The translations under genes and the position numbers were made by a program. Below are positions 9,133 through 18,387 of a stretch of DNA of 19,258 nt, one piece after another (position 1 is the first letter of the stretch; each line of letters opens with the position of its first letter). The notes under the pieces were generated by a model. It saw nothing but the letters and a program-made list of their open reading frames with translations. It was not told the origin of the DNA and searched no databases. The stretch is from contig JAHHIK010000137.1 of the NCBI GenBank assembly GCA_019358935.1, positions 1-19,258 of the forward strand. Direction: 5' to 3'. The stretch is from Tolypothrix carrinoi HA7290-LM1. Its GTDB lineage: Bacteria; Cyanobacteriota; Cyanobacteriia; Cyanobacteriales; Nostocaceae.

Positions 9133-11358
9133 CTATGAATTATTCGCTTCATTAGCGATGATGCCCACTACATTCAACTCGCCTAAAATCTCTGTAGCTT
9201 GAATCAATTCATTTCTAGTCACTAGACCGATTTTTCCTACCAATACAATCTGATGACAGTAGGTTGCTAAAATCCTGGCATCAACTGTGCCTAAAATTGC
9301 TGGCGCATCTATCAACACTAAATCATAGGTTTGCTCAAAGATTTGGATTAGTTCTTTCATCCGCCGAGAACTCAGTAATTTCACTGTATCTTCTGGTGTC
9401 GGTCCTGCGGTCAAAACATCGATCGCCGGGTGAATTGGCTGGATGTAATCGGGAACGGGGGTATTTGTCTCATCGACTAATAGCAGAGATAGTCCCCAGT
9501 CGTTAGAAAGCTCCAAAATGTTGTGCAGGTGCGGTTCGCGCATGTTGGCATCAATCAGCAAAACTCGCCGATGCATTCTTGCCGCACTCACCGCCAGCCC
9601 CTGCGCTATAGTTGTCTTACCTTCTGCGCTTCGTGCTGAAGTCACCATCAGTGACTTGAAGGCGTAGGGATTTGATAAAAGAATGTTTTGGTAGATCATA
9701 TCCAGGCTTTCGTGAAAGGGCAACCGAGTGTAGACACTAAGTTGTTTGTCACGATACCTGGGAGTTAAGCTGCCCTTTTCATGAAAAAACAGCGTTGAAA
9801 GCCGCTTCTTCCTGAGCGGTAAAGATAATTTCGGGACTCTGCCAAGTAACCGCAGATTTGTTAAATTTTGTAACTCTTGTGAAGAATAAATTGCATCTTT
9901 AGACATTTCCCAAATCAGGGCGATCGCAATCCCTAAAATCGGTCCGATTACCGCTCCCCCAGCTAAACGCAATGTTCTACCGCTACCGATATAAATTCCC
10001 GGTTGGGGTTCTTCCAAGACTTGCCAATCAAATCCTCCTTGAGCAATTTGCATTCCTAAAGACTGTTGCGCTTGCAGAAGTTGTTCTAATGTTTTGCGAT
10101 TAGTTTCTACTTCTGGCAACAGCCGATTGTATTCTGCGATTAAGGTGGGGTATTTGGCTAACTCTGAGCGAAGTTGCTGTTCTGACTTAGCTAAACTTTG
10201 TTCATTGGCAACTAATCCCAGAGAAGTTGTTTGTACCTGTATTAATTCTTCCAGCAACTTGAGGTCAACTTCTCCCATTTGCCCTTGCGTGAGAAGTGAT
10301 TTGCTGGTAGCGGGTGTGGTGGGTGCTTTATCTCCGAGCGATCGCCCAATTTCTTGTCGTAATAATGATAGTTGATCGGAGCGTTGCTGCGTCAATTTGG
10401 CGATCGCCGGCGAGGTGTCTGTATAGCGCAATCGTTCTTGAGCTAAAGCTAATTCGGTTTTTTGAATCTCGTTTAACAGCGTTTGATAGCGAGTTGATTG
10501 ACTCAAACGAGAAGAAATAAGCGCATTCTGCGGTGAAGCAGCCATTTTTCGCTGCAAGTTATTGTAGCGAGCGCGGACATCTTGAAGCTGTGCTTTAGTG
10601 CTTTGGAGTTGCTTTTGCGTATCGGCTAGAGAATCGAGGATAATTTTACCTTGTGCTTCCGGATCGAGTAAGTTATTTTTCCGCCGAAACTGTTCTAAAT
10701 TATTCTCAGATTTAATCACCTCTTGTTTAATTGTTGGCAGGCGATCGTTAACAAAAGAAAGTCCTTTATTCAGACGTTGCTTTTGTTGCTCTATGTTGTA
10801 ATCTTGATAAACCTTTTTTAATGCTTGCAGTACTTTTTCGGCTTTAATTGGATCTTCGTCTTTGAAGGTGATTTCAAATACTTGACTGGGAACTTTATTA
10901 ACTCCTGTCCCTGCTTCTAGTTGAGCCACAACTAAAGAACCTGGTTTAGCTTGTTTACCTTTCTTACCTAAAATATCTTCTACTTTAATATCTGGATATT
11001 CCGGACGCAGTAAATCTACAGCTTTTTGGATTAATTTAGTACTCAGCATTAGCCTTAACTGAGCAGTATAATCAACAACTTGAAAATTTGGGTCGGTAAA
11101 TTGGCTATCTGTATTTCCTTGAATATTTCTAGATTGTAAGCCTTCATACAAATTGGAACTTACCAATAATTGCATAGAGCTTTGGTATTTTGGTTTAGCA
11201 ATTGTTGCCAGAAAAATGGCAACGCACATAACTAAGCCAGAAACACCAAGGATGAGAAAGCGTCGGCGAAACAAAATTGCCGATAGTTGTCTGATGTCAA
11301 CCGCGCTTTGTGGGGAAGTAGTAATTAATTGCCCCTGATTCAGACTAGTATTAGCCAC
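9133..11358 (-). CDS. Second Wzc/GumC-family polysaccharide co-polymerase / BY-kinase-like protein
   Basis: 741 aa with GTG start and AAGGA upstream. N-terminal TM, coiled coil, second TM (GGAVIGPILGIAIALIW), Walker A (SAEGKTT), VLLIDANMR and LVLIDAP. No C-terminal Tyr cluster. Confidence 0.92.
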   Translation of the reverse strand: MANTSLNQGQLITTSPQSAVDIRQLSAILFRRRFLILGVSGLVMCVAIFLATIAKPKYQSSMQLLVSSNLYEGLQSRNIQGNTDSQFTDPNFQVVDYTAQLRLMLSTKLIQKAVDLLRPEYPDIKVEDILGKKGKQAKPGSLVVAQLEAGTGVNKVPSQVFEITFKDEDPIKAEKVLQALKKVYQDYNIEQQKQRLNKGLSFVNDRLPTIKQEVIKSENNLEQFRRKNNLLDPEAQGKIILDSLADTQKQLQSTKAQLQDVRARYNNLQRKMAASPQNALISSRLSQSTRYQTLLNEIQKTELALAQERLRYTDTSPAIAKLTQQRSDQLSLLRQEIGRSLGDKAPTTPATSKSLLTQGQMGEVDLKLLEELIQVQTTSLGLVANEQSLAKSEQQLRSELAKYPTLIAEYNRLLPEVETNRKTLEQLLQAQQSLGMQIAQGGFDWQVLEEPQPGIYIGSGRTLRLAGGAVIGPILGIAIALIWEMSKDAIYSSQELQNLTNLRLLGRVPKLSLPLRKKRLSTLFFHEKGSLTPRYRDKQLSVYTRLPFHESLDMIYQNILLSNPYAFKSLMVTSARSAEGKTTIAQGLAVSAARMHRRVLLIDANMREPHLHNILELSNDWGLSLLLVDETNTPVPDYIQPIHPAIDVLTAGPTPEDTVKLLSSRRMKELIQIFEQTYDLVLIDAPAILGTVDARILATYCHQIVLVGKIGLVTRNELIQATEILGELNVVGIIANEANNS

Positions 11359-11520
11359 TATTAAAGTCCTTTAATCTCGACAGATGTTGAGCAAGAAAAC
11401 TTTTGGAATATTAATTTTACTAAATTGATGACGCGACAACACGCATTTATGATTCCGGGAAAAAAAATATGTTGTCTGTAAATTAATTAACGAGAGTGTT
11501 AATTTTTACTTGAATAAACC

Positions 11521-11590
11521 TGCGAAGAACGTAGTAAGCGGCTCTATTCCTTAAAACCCTTGCGAAGAACGTAGTAGGCAAGTCTGAATC
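11521..11590. repeat. Two-copy direct repeat, 40-bp period
   Basis: TGCGAAGAACGTAGTA is identical at 11521-11536 and 11561-11576, with partially similar flanks. Confidence 0.8.
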
Positions 11591-11872
11591 CCCCACTGAT
11601 TGCCCAAGCTGAATTCTGACTTCTTCTTGAAGTGGGAAAAATTTTATCATTCAGTATGACAACGTTGTTTATATTCATGCTAATTTTAACAATTACAATA
11701 TGATATCTCTTGCCAAAATGGCAGATAAATTTTAAAAATTATTTTACCAAGGTATAAAATTATCTTGTTGTCACTAACGAAAGAGCATTAAAGATACAAA
11801 TGAAATAAAAAATTTTTTAGTTTTGCTTCTTAGTCTCGACATCAAATCTATCCTTTATATAGTATTTTATAT

Positions 11873-12544
11873 CTATGAGGAAAACCAGGAATGGGCAAAA
11901 AAAGATGTTGCTTTGTTTTCCACAAAGTAGAGAAACTGAAGTAGGTGGGAGGCATACATATAACTTTCGTAATCAGTGTGGGGAGGTAGAGCGTAGCCAG
12001 TCTCAGATATATCATTAGCTCCAGGCTTAGATTTTACCGTGTAGAATCGTCCTCCCTCTGTATGGTGGATCGGTCCAATAGAACTCATAAAACCATCTAA
12101 CTCTTCCAAAGCCATGTTCTTTAATACTGCAAAGCCCAGAGTATAGAGCTGATTAACCCAAGCTTTTTGATCGCATGAATGAAAATCGTGTTTTTCTGGT
12201 GGATGTGCTTCTATCCATGCACTATCCCACAGAATTTCCTCTTGTTTACGCAGCTCAATGTTACTATGGAAGCTACCTCGTCCTGCTGCGTCGTCATAAG
12301 CATGACTCATCAACCAAGAGATGGGAAAGACGCTGCGTGTTGGTGGGTTTTCATCCCAGTCAATTATCAACTCCTCATCACAAAACTCTATATTCAAAGG
12401 TTTTGGAGGTTCTGTAAGCTCAGAAATATCATACATTTTCTGGAAAGAACTGGGATGGCGACACTCAAGACTTAGACAGTTATCGCGCAACCAAATGTAG
12501 TGGAAGCGTTTGCTTTTCACTGTGATAAATGAATGATTTTGCAT
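11873..12544 (-). pseudogene. Gamma-butyrobetaine hydroxylase-like (TauD/TfdA Fe/2-oxoglutarate) dioxygenase, 3'-truncated
   Basis: GBBH-type N-terminal domain (WLRDNC...CRHP), LYTLGFAVL and the HxD iron motif (LPPHTD). Similarity ends at LLQFLYFVENKAT, so the distal His and the 2OG-binding Arg are missing (223 aa versus ~380 aa typical). Confidence 0.8.
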
Positions 12545-12626
12545 AGTTCAAGCTTTGATTTTCTTGGTATAGGTGAGCTATTCACCCACCCATAATTTTA
12601 GATGTGTAGTTATTTAGTGCTATGTT

Positions 12627-13097
12627 TTACATTTTTGCGATCATCTTTTCCAGATAGACAGATTTTTCACCTTCTGGAATTGCTGCTTGAGAATGGAATT
12701 CTAGTTTGTCTTGGTTTGGAGTGAGAGTTTGATAGAGAAGTTCTTGACAATGGTTATTTTCATCAACTACGACAATTTTCGCCTGGTGTCCATTCTTTAA
12801 TACATCGGTGCGATCGCATTGTTCGTTTGCCCAAATAATTAAGACATCACCTTTGTGACATAGCAGCGCTCCCCCACCATTTGGACAAACCATGCCCGAA
12901 CCTGCTTCACCAGGTAAAACATAGGTTGACCAACGGTTGCCATTATTGACATTGACGATTTCCACTTCTTCTAAAGGCAACATTCCTACTTTTTCCAGCA
13001 AGTCTGAGTCTATGGTTACACTGCCAACATAGTCAAGCTTTGCCTCTGTCACCCTAACCCGATGAAGTTTAGCGTGCATCAGTTTGATTGTACCCAT
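12627..13097 (-). CDS. panD: Aspartate 1-decarboxylase (PanD)-family pyruvoyl-dependent decarboxylase
   Basis: 156 aa from the ATG at 13097 with an AAGGA RBS. Motifs KLHR, the YVG|SVTID autocleavage site, NGNRWSTY and [12 protein letters not shown] (canonical NGAAA), plus a ~30-aa C-terminal extension. The substrate may not be aspartate. Confidence 0.88.
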   Translation of the reverse strand: MGTIKLMHAKLHRVRVTEAKLDYVGSVTIDSDLLEKVGMLPLEEVEIVNVNNGNRWSTYVLPGEAGSGMVCPNGGGALLCHKGDVLIIWANEQCDRTDVLKNGHQAKIVVVDENNHCQELLYQTLTPNQDKLEFHSQAAIPEGEKSVYLEKMIAKM

Positions 13098-13125
13098 TAT
13101 TTTCCTTTTTAATTTATTTGTATAG

Positions 13126-14529
13126 TTAGAATTTTTGGAAAACCAGAACATACATTGGCTCTGTCTCAAATATATTGAACTGTTCTCGGCTAATTAAATT
13201 CCAAGACAACTCTTTGAGTATCTCGTGTAAAGACTCGGTGTCATTATAATAATCTACTCGCACCGTTAGTACGAAATATCCATCTGTTTTCAACAAACTG
13301 GATAGACTTTTCAACGCGCGAGGATGAGCGTGACCAAAAGTGAAAACACCTACTGCCAAGATTGCATCAAAGCTTTGTTCAGATGCAAAAGCTAGGGGTT
13401 CTTCTAGGTTTCCTTGGTAAAGGGCTGTGTAAACCTGCTTCTTCCTAGCTACTTCTAGCATTTCAAAAGACAGATCAACTCCTGCGATATTGGTATATCC
13501 CAATTCTGCAAGAGCCTCACCTACCATGCCTGTACCTGCCCCTGTATCTAGGATAGTGGCATCCTTATTTGGCAACACCTTTGCTAAAGCACTAGCTGAC
13601 TGCACTGGCGAACAACGATAAGGTTGATCTAGTTCAGTGTCGTAGACAGAAGCCCAAGCATCATATTTATGTTCTAAGCTATGTTTTTCACTATTTTCGT
13701 ATATCCAAGAAAGGCGATCGTTCACCTTTTCACATAAATAAAAGCTCCATCCTACCTGCAACGCTTTGATAGCCGTACACATTTTTTCATAAGCTGTACT
13801 CAAATCCGGATATTGAGGCAACGCTAGCACAGACAGCAGTTTATAGCTCTTGTGCAAATGTAAACTCAAGTCTTTGGCTGTCAAAACCATGAACCCCAAC
13901 TGAGTGAGAAAATCTTTATAAGACTCTAGGCTAAATATTGGTTCAAACAGTAATCGTTCATAGACATATTTGCGAGCTTCTTCGTTAATTTCCTGTGTGG
14001 GTGTTACCAAGTCATCGAATAAGAATGTACCTCTTTCCTTGAGTACTCGGTGAATCTCTCTCAAGGCTTTGGGACGCTCATGAACGTGATACAAAGCGGC
14101 TTGACTCCAAACATGGGTGAAGCTGCCCGACTCAAACGGCAGATTAGTCGCTGATGCTTTCTGAAATTCTAGGTGAAGTGAGGGATACTCCTGTGCCTTG
14201 GATTTTGCATTTTCAATGCGAACACCACTGATATCTACACCAATTACCTTGCATCCTGTCTGTTGAGCTAGCCAGATAGCTGTGTTGCCGTTGCCGCAAC
14301 CGAGGTCTAGTATTTGGGATTCTTGTGTAATCCCGCTGTGAGACAGCATATATTGATTCCAGTGTTTGCAAGCCGGTATAAAGTCTTCAGCACTAACCTC
14401 AGTTAAGTTCTCAAAATAGCCCCAATGCAAACTTCCCTCTGAGTCCCAAAAACTTTTATAGAGGCTATCTTCATTATCATAAAATGCTTCTGTGTCAGCT
14501 TCAGTAAATTGGTTTTGTGTCATAAACAT
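13126..14529 (-). CDS. Tandem two-domain class I SAM-dependent methyltransferase
   Basis: Domain 1 (FYD...[33 protein letters not shown]) resembles sarcosine/dimethylglycine N-methyltransferase and DsyG-type enzymes. Domain 2 ([31 protein letters not shown]) is METTL27/WBSCR27-like. The start may be 14523. Confidence 0.9.
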   Translation of the reverse strand: MFMTQNQFTEADTEAFYDNEDSLYKSFWDSEGSLHWGYFENLTEVSAEDFIPACKHWNQYMLSHSGITQESQILDLGCGNGNTAIWLAQQTGCKVIGVDISGVRIENAKSKAQEYPSLHLEFQKASATNLPFESGSFTHVWSQAALYHVHERPKALREIHRVLKERGTFLFDDLVTPTQEINEEARKYVYERLLFEPIFSLESYKDFLTQLGFMVLTAKDLSLHLHKSYKLLSVLALPQYPDLSTAYEKMCTAIKALQVGWSFYLCEKVNDRLSWIYENSEKHSLEHKYDAWASVYDTELDQPYRCSPVQSASALAKVLPNKDATILDTGAGTGMVGEALAELGYTNIAGVDLSFEMLEVARKKQVYTALYQGNLEEPLAFASEQSFDAILAVGVFTFGHAHPRALKSLSSLLKTDGYFVLTVRVDYYNDTESLHEILKELSWNLISREQFNIFETEPMYVLVFQKF

Positions 14530-14925
14530 TAAGAAAAATGCAGGGACGTATGACGGTTAACAATATTGAATTAGTTCACAACCCACATTCCGCTCTTAAG
14601 CGAAGAGATTAATAGTATTTCTTACTCATGACACCATCAATCTCAAAAATTATAGTACAACATATTGACCACTTTTGATCCAAATTTTCAAAAAACTACT
14701 GCAAAGCCGAAAAAGAACCGCCAAAATTGGCTTTAACTTTTGATTTTTATATTTTTAGGTGTGTAGTTCGTCAACGAGCGTGCAATGAAGTAATTTTGCC
14801 ATACGTTAGTCTAGTTAGCGAAGTTTTTTATCTGATTTTTTCAACAGTTTCGCACTCCTGACTAGACTAAGGCAGGCGCTCGCTACGCGGTCGCGGTGCA
14901 AAAGATATCTCCGGAAAATGCCAAA

Positions 14926-15042
14926 GAGATTTTAGGTGAAATGTCTCACGATAGTGTCAATAGATTTTTACTGAGGGAACAGTATGAACCAAAAAATTTA
15001 TTTGATGAAGTCAAGCGGCAGATAAATTTAGAATATGGCACT
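14926..15042 (+). pseudogene. IS701-family transposase remnant
   Basis: EILGEMSHDSVNRFLLREQYEPKNLFDEVK...INLEYGT matches the N-terminal SHDxxxRFL region of cyanobacterial IS701-like transposases. It is cut before the first catalytic Asp. Confidence 0.7.
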
Positions 15043-15431
15043 TGTGACACGAAGCACGGCTCCTGTGGCACATCTTCGGTGGTTTTGTGCTTCCCGCCTG
15101 TTTTTATAAATGAAGCAAGTCGAGCTTAGATGACATTTGGACACTAATTTCAGCTAGGCTCATATATAAAACTTAAAGGTTCAAGCAGTAAAAATTCTGT
15201 TAGAGACGATAATTACCATGTAAACGCCATTAAAGACAAGCCTTTTGGATTTATAGGTCGGGTGGTGGTCTAAAAAACGCTAATCAGATAAACTCAAATC
15301 TCCACTATTGTTAAACTTGACTTTTTCATGTAATATCATCTTGCTATGTGCGCGGTGGAATTTGCGCTATCTTTTGAGCTAGCGTCACCTTCTATTTCTA
15401 ACATTTAATGTGCAATTAGTAATATTTAATC

Positions 15432-15989
15432 ATGAACTATTCAGGATTTACATTATGGTTTACAGGACTCTCTGGTGCTGGCAAAACCACAATCTCAAAA
15501 GGCGTGGCATTGGAATTAAAGGCAAGGGGTTGTCTGGTAGAAGTTTTAGATGGAGATGTAGTCCGAACACACCTTTCACAAGAGTTAGGGTTTAGCAAAA
15601 AAGACCGAGATATAAACGTTCGTCGCATTGGATTTGTTGCCAGCATATTAAGCCGCAATCAAGTTATCGCCATTGTGGCGGCAATTAGTCCTTATAGAGA
15701 TGTCCGCGAAGAAGTTCGACGGATGTCAGAGAACTTTGTTGAAGTGTACATTAAAGCATCTTTACAAACCTGCGAACAACGAGATGTCAAAGGGTTATAT
15801 GCATTGGCTAGAGCAGGAAAAATTGAAAATTTCACAGGTATTGATAGCCCGTATGAAGAACCATTAAATCCAGAAATTATTTGCGATACTCAATGCTTAA
15901 ATATTAGAGAAAGTATAAATAAAGTTATACAAGCTTTAGAAGAATACAAATATATTCCGAAGATGAGGCAGTTCATAGAAAAAGGATAA
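15432..15989 (+). CDS. cysC: Adenylyl-sulfate (APS) kinase
   Basis: 185 aa with TLWFTGLSGAGKTT (P-loop), LDGDVVR, LGFSKKDRDINVRRIG, ISPY, RDVKGLY and FTGIDSPYEEP. Confidence 0.95.
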   Translation: MNYSGFTLWFTGLSGAGKTTISKGVALELKARGCLVEVLDGDVVRTHLSQELGFSKKDRDINVRRIGFVASILSRNQVIAIVAAISPYRDVREEVRRMSENFVEVYIKASLQTCEQRDVKGLYALARAGKIENFTGIDSPYEEPLNPEIICDTQCLNIRESINKVIQALEEYKYIPKMRQFIEKG

Positions 15990-16037
15990 CGGCAAGCTGG
16001 TCTTAACGATTGTTTACCAAAATTAGGAGCAAATGTT

Positions 16038-16979
16038 GTGAAATTACATATTAAACCGAGACGGATCAGACTTTTAACTACTTTCTACTGTAATGCCAAA
16101 TGCCCTTACTGCCATAATGAAGGTCAGGCAGTACCAGTTAATAGCACTATGAATGAAGATTTTGTAGGAAAGTTACTTGATATCGTGCCGACAGAAGAAG
16201 TCATTTTAAGTGGTGGAGAACCTACACTAAATCCTCATATAGTCGAAATTGCTAAGGCGGTTAAAGAGAGAGGAATATACTTATCTATAACCACGAATGG
16301 TACTCTCACTGACCGTCTATATAAGCTATTCCCCTACTTGGATGAGATTAAATTTAATGTGGATTCCCTCAGCAAATAAGCCTACGAAGCTATTAAGCAA
16401 TTACCCTTTGAAGCTACCATTAAGAATGTTATGGCAGCTTATAATGCGGGAATATACACCAAATTGAACACTCCATTTATTAGCCTAGCCAATGCTCAAG
16501 AACTACTCAAATTTTCCGAATCAACAAAAGTAGAGATTAAGTTTATTGAAGTGTTGGAATTAGGGGGATTTTCCGATCCATCTTTAGAGATAATCAAGCT
16601 AGAAAGTCTTTTAGAAAATAATGGTTATTTTGTCGAGAAAGGAGATTTGAAAAAAACTTGGAAAAAGGGTAAGAATACCATTACTACAATGCGCTGTCTT
16701 TGTCGGGCAGCAGTTCTGACTGGGGATATTGATGATGCCAAAGAGTTATGTCGAGAACAGGGAAGTTTGTATGTAACTCCAGACGGAGGAATCAAGCCCT
16801 CTATTTATGAAGAATTCTCTATTCCCATCTATGATGCGATCAATCGAGACTTGAAAACCCTTCAGCAAAAGTTTGAATAATTCGACCATAGTTTTGGGAT
16901 AGGGCTGTGTCAAGATATCATCAAAAATCAGAAATTGGACATTGAAGAAATTGAACAAAAAGCAGCAATTCGTAATTAA
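16038..16979 (+). pseudogene. MoaA-like radical SAM enzyme interrupted by in-frame TAA stop(s)
   Basis: GTG start with AGGAG RBS; motifs CNAKCPYC, LSGGEPTL and ITTNGT. The TAA at 16377-16379 is in frame with the ORF at 16431-16880 (intervening codons AYEAIKQLPFEATIKNV). The C-terminus has CLC...LC...LYVTPDGGIKPS. After a second TAA (16878-16880) the frame stays open for 32 more codons, to 16979. Confidence 0.82.
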
Positions 16980-17061
16980 TTCATCTTTTATGACTCTGGA
17001 GTTCACAAGGCAGTCCAGAAAAGAGATAATTTCACGAAACCAGTAATACAGGATAGAACAA

Positions 17062-18345
17062 TTGGTACAAGCTTCGGTAAAAAAAACTTCTGTTAGACTC
17101 AATCAGAAACTTGCTATTTTCGGAGGCACTCCTAGTTTTGGGGATAAAATCCATGTAGGTCGTCCTAATATCGGCGATCGCTTGCACCTGCTAAATCGCA
17201 TTAACGATATCTTGGACAGAAAGTGGTTATCTAATGGTGGGAAATATGTCCAAGAATTTGAATCTCGCATCGCTCAGATTCTTGGTGTTAAGCACTGCAT
17301 TGCCACCTGCAATGGCACAGTTGCTCTACAAATTGCGGCTAAAGCTGCTAACCTTACAGGCGAAGTCATAGTCCCATCCTTCACCTTCATTGCCACGGCA
17401 CATGCTTTGCAATGGCTAGGGCTTACCCCTGTCTTTTGCGATATTGACCCCCATACCCATACAATCGATCCTCAAATGGTCGAGAAGCTGATTACAAGAG
17501 ACACCAGCGCAATTCTTGGTGTCCACGTTTGGGGGCAGCCGTGCAATGTCGAAGCCCTAAGCGCGATCGCCCACCGTCACAATCTCAAACTTATCTTTGA
17601 TGCCGCACACGCTTTTTACAGTTCATACCAAGGACAGGCGATCGGCAATTTTGGTCAGGCAGAAGTTCTCAGCTTTCATGCTACCAAGTTTCTCAATACC
17701 TTTGAGGGGGGAGCCGTCGTCACCAATGATGACGAGTTAGCTAACTCGATTCGCCTGATGGTGAATTTTGGCTTTGCAGCAGGCTACGACAATGCCATGT
17801 CTATAGGCACCAACGGCAAAATGAACGAAGTCTGTGCAGCAATGGGCTTAACCGGGTTGGAAAGCCTAGACGAATTCATTACTATCAACCACCGTAACTA
17901 CAAACTATACCAACAAGAACTAAAAGGTATCCCCGGAGTTCGTTTTTTTCCATTCAATGAAAGCGAGAAGAACAACTATCAATACATAGTCTTGGAGATT
18001 GACGAGAAGATTACTCAAATTAGTCGCGATCGCCTAATGCAGATATTACACGCTGAAAACATTTTGGCACGACGATACTTTTACCCAGGCTGCCATCAAA
18101 TGGAACCTTACCGCTCAATGTTTCCCTTTAAAGAAGAGCTGCTTCCTTACACCAATTGTCTAGTTCAGCGAATTTTGACTCTGCCTACTGGAACTGCAAT
18201 AACATTTGAAGACATCAGCCAAATCACAAGAATTATCCGGTTTGTTTTGGAGCATGGATTATCTATCAGCCAAAAACTTTCTCAGGACTTACGCACCAGT
18301 CATGGAAAAACGAACCGCGAAGACGCGAAGGACACGAAGAAATAA
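17062..18345 (+). CDS. DegT/DnrJ/EryC1/StrS PLP aminotransferase, DesI/VioA-like (NDP-4-keto-6-deoxysugar aminotransferase)
   Basis: Motifs LAIFGG...HVGRPNIG, WLSNGG, CNGTVAL, PSFTFIAT, FDAAHA, SFHATK (PLP lysine), EGGAV and ARRYFYPGCH. The TTG start is uncertain, and the last ~20 codons come from a repeat element. Confidence 0.92.
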   Translation: MVQASVKKTSVRLNQKLAIFGGTPSFGDKIHVGRPNIGDRLHLLNRINDILDRKWLSNGGKYVQEFESRIAQILGVKHCIATCNGTVALQIAAKAANLTGEVIVPSFTFIATAHALQWLGLTPVFCDIDPHTHTIDPQMVEKLITRDTSAILGVHVWGQPCNVEALSAIAHRHNLKLIFDAAHAFYSSYQGQAIGNFGQAEVLSFHATKFLNTFEGGAVVTNDDELANSIRLMVNFGFAAGYDNAMSIGTNGKMNEVCAAMGLTGLESLDEFITINHRNYKLYQQELKGIPGVRFFPFNESEKNNYQYIVLEIDEKITQISRDRLMQILHAENILARRYFYPGCHQMEPYRSMFPFKEELLPYTNCLVQRILTLPTGTAITFEDISQITRIIRFVLEHGLSISQKLSQDLRTSHGKTNREDAKDTKK

Positions 18346-18374
18346 GAGTTTGAGAGGTATTTTGCGTAAGTCCT
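18284..18374. repeat. Small dispersed repeat/MITE-like element overlapping the aminotransferase 3' end
   Basis: Perfect 12-bp inverted ends AGGACTTACGCA (18284-18295) / TGCGTAAGTCCT (18363-18374), with an internal CGCGAAGACGCGAAGGACACGAAG repeat. Confidence 0.82.
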
Positions 18375-18387
18375 ATTATAGAAAGAA

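Noticed and set aside
11454..11459. DIF1-like hexamers upstream of the second wzc (and at 8740-8745 upstream of the SpoIID gene)
   Set aside because: Each has one mismatch and lacks a GTA element at the spacing seen at 413-439.
11521..11576. CRISPR mini-array
   Set aside because: Only two 16-bp copies, the inter-repeat sequences are partly similar, there is no palindrome, and no cas genes are present.
15432..15989. Saxitoxin/cylindrospermopsin cluster (sxtO/cyrN)
   Set aside because: No PKS/NRPS, amidinotransferase or sulfotransferase is in the window, and an APS kinase alone is not diagnostic.
16038..16880. Housekeeping moaA call, or programmed Sec/Pyl readthrough
   Set aside because: No moa neighbours and no C-terminal GG motif. 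The stops are TAA, not TGA or TAG.
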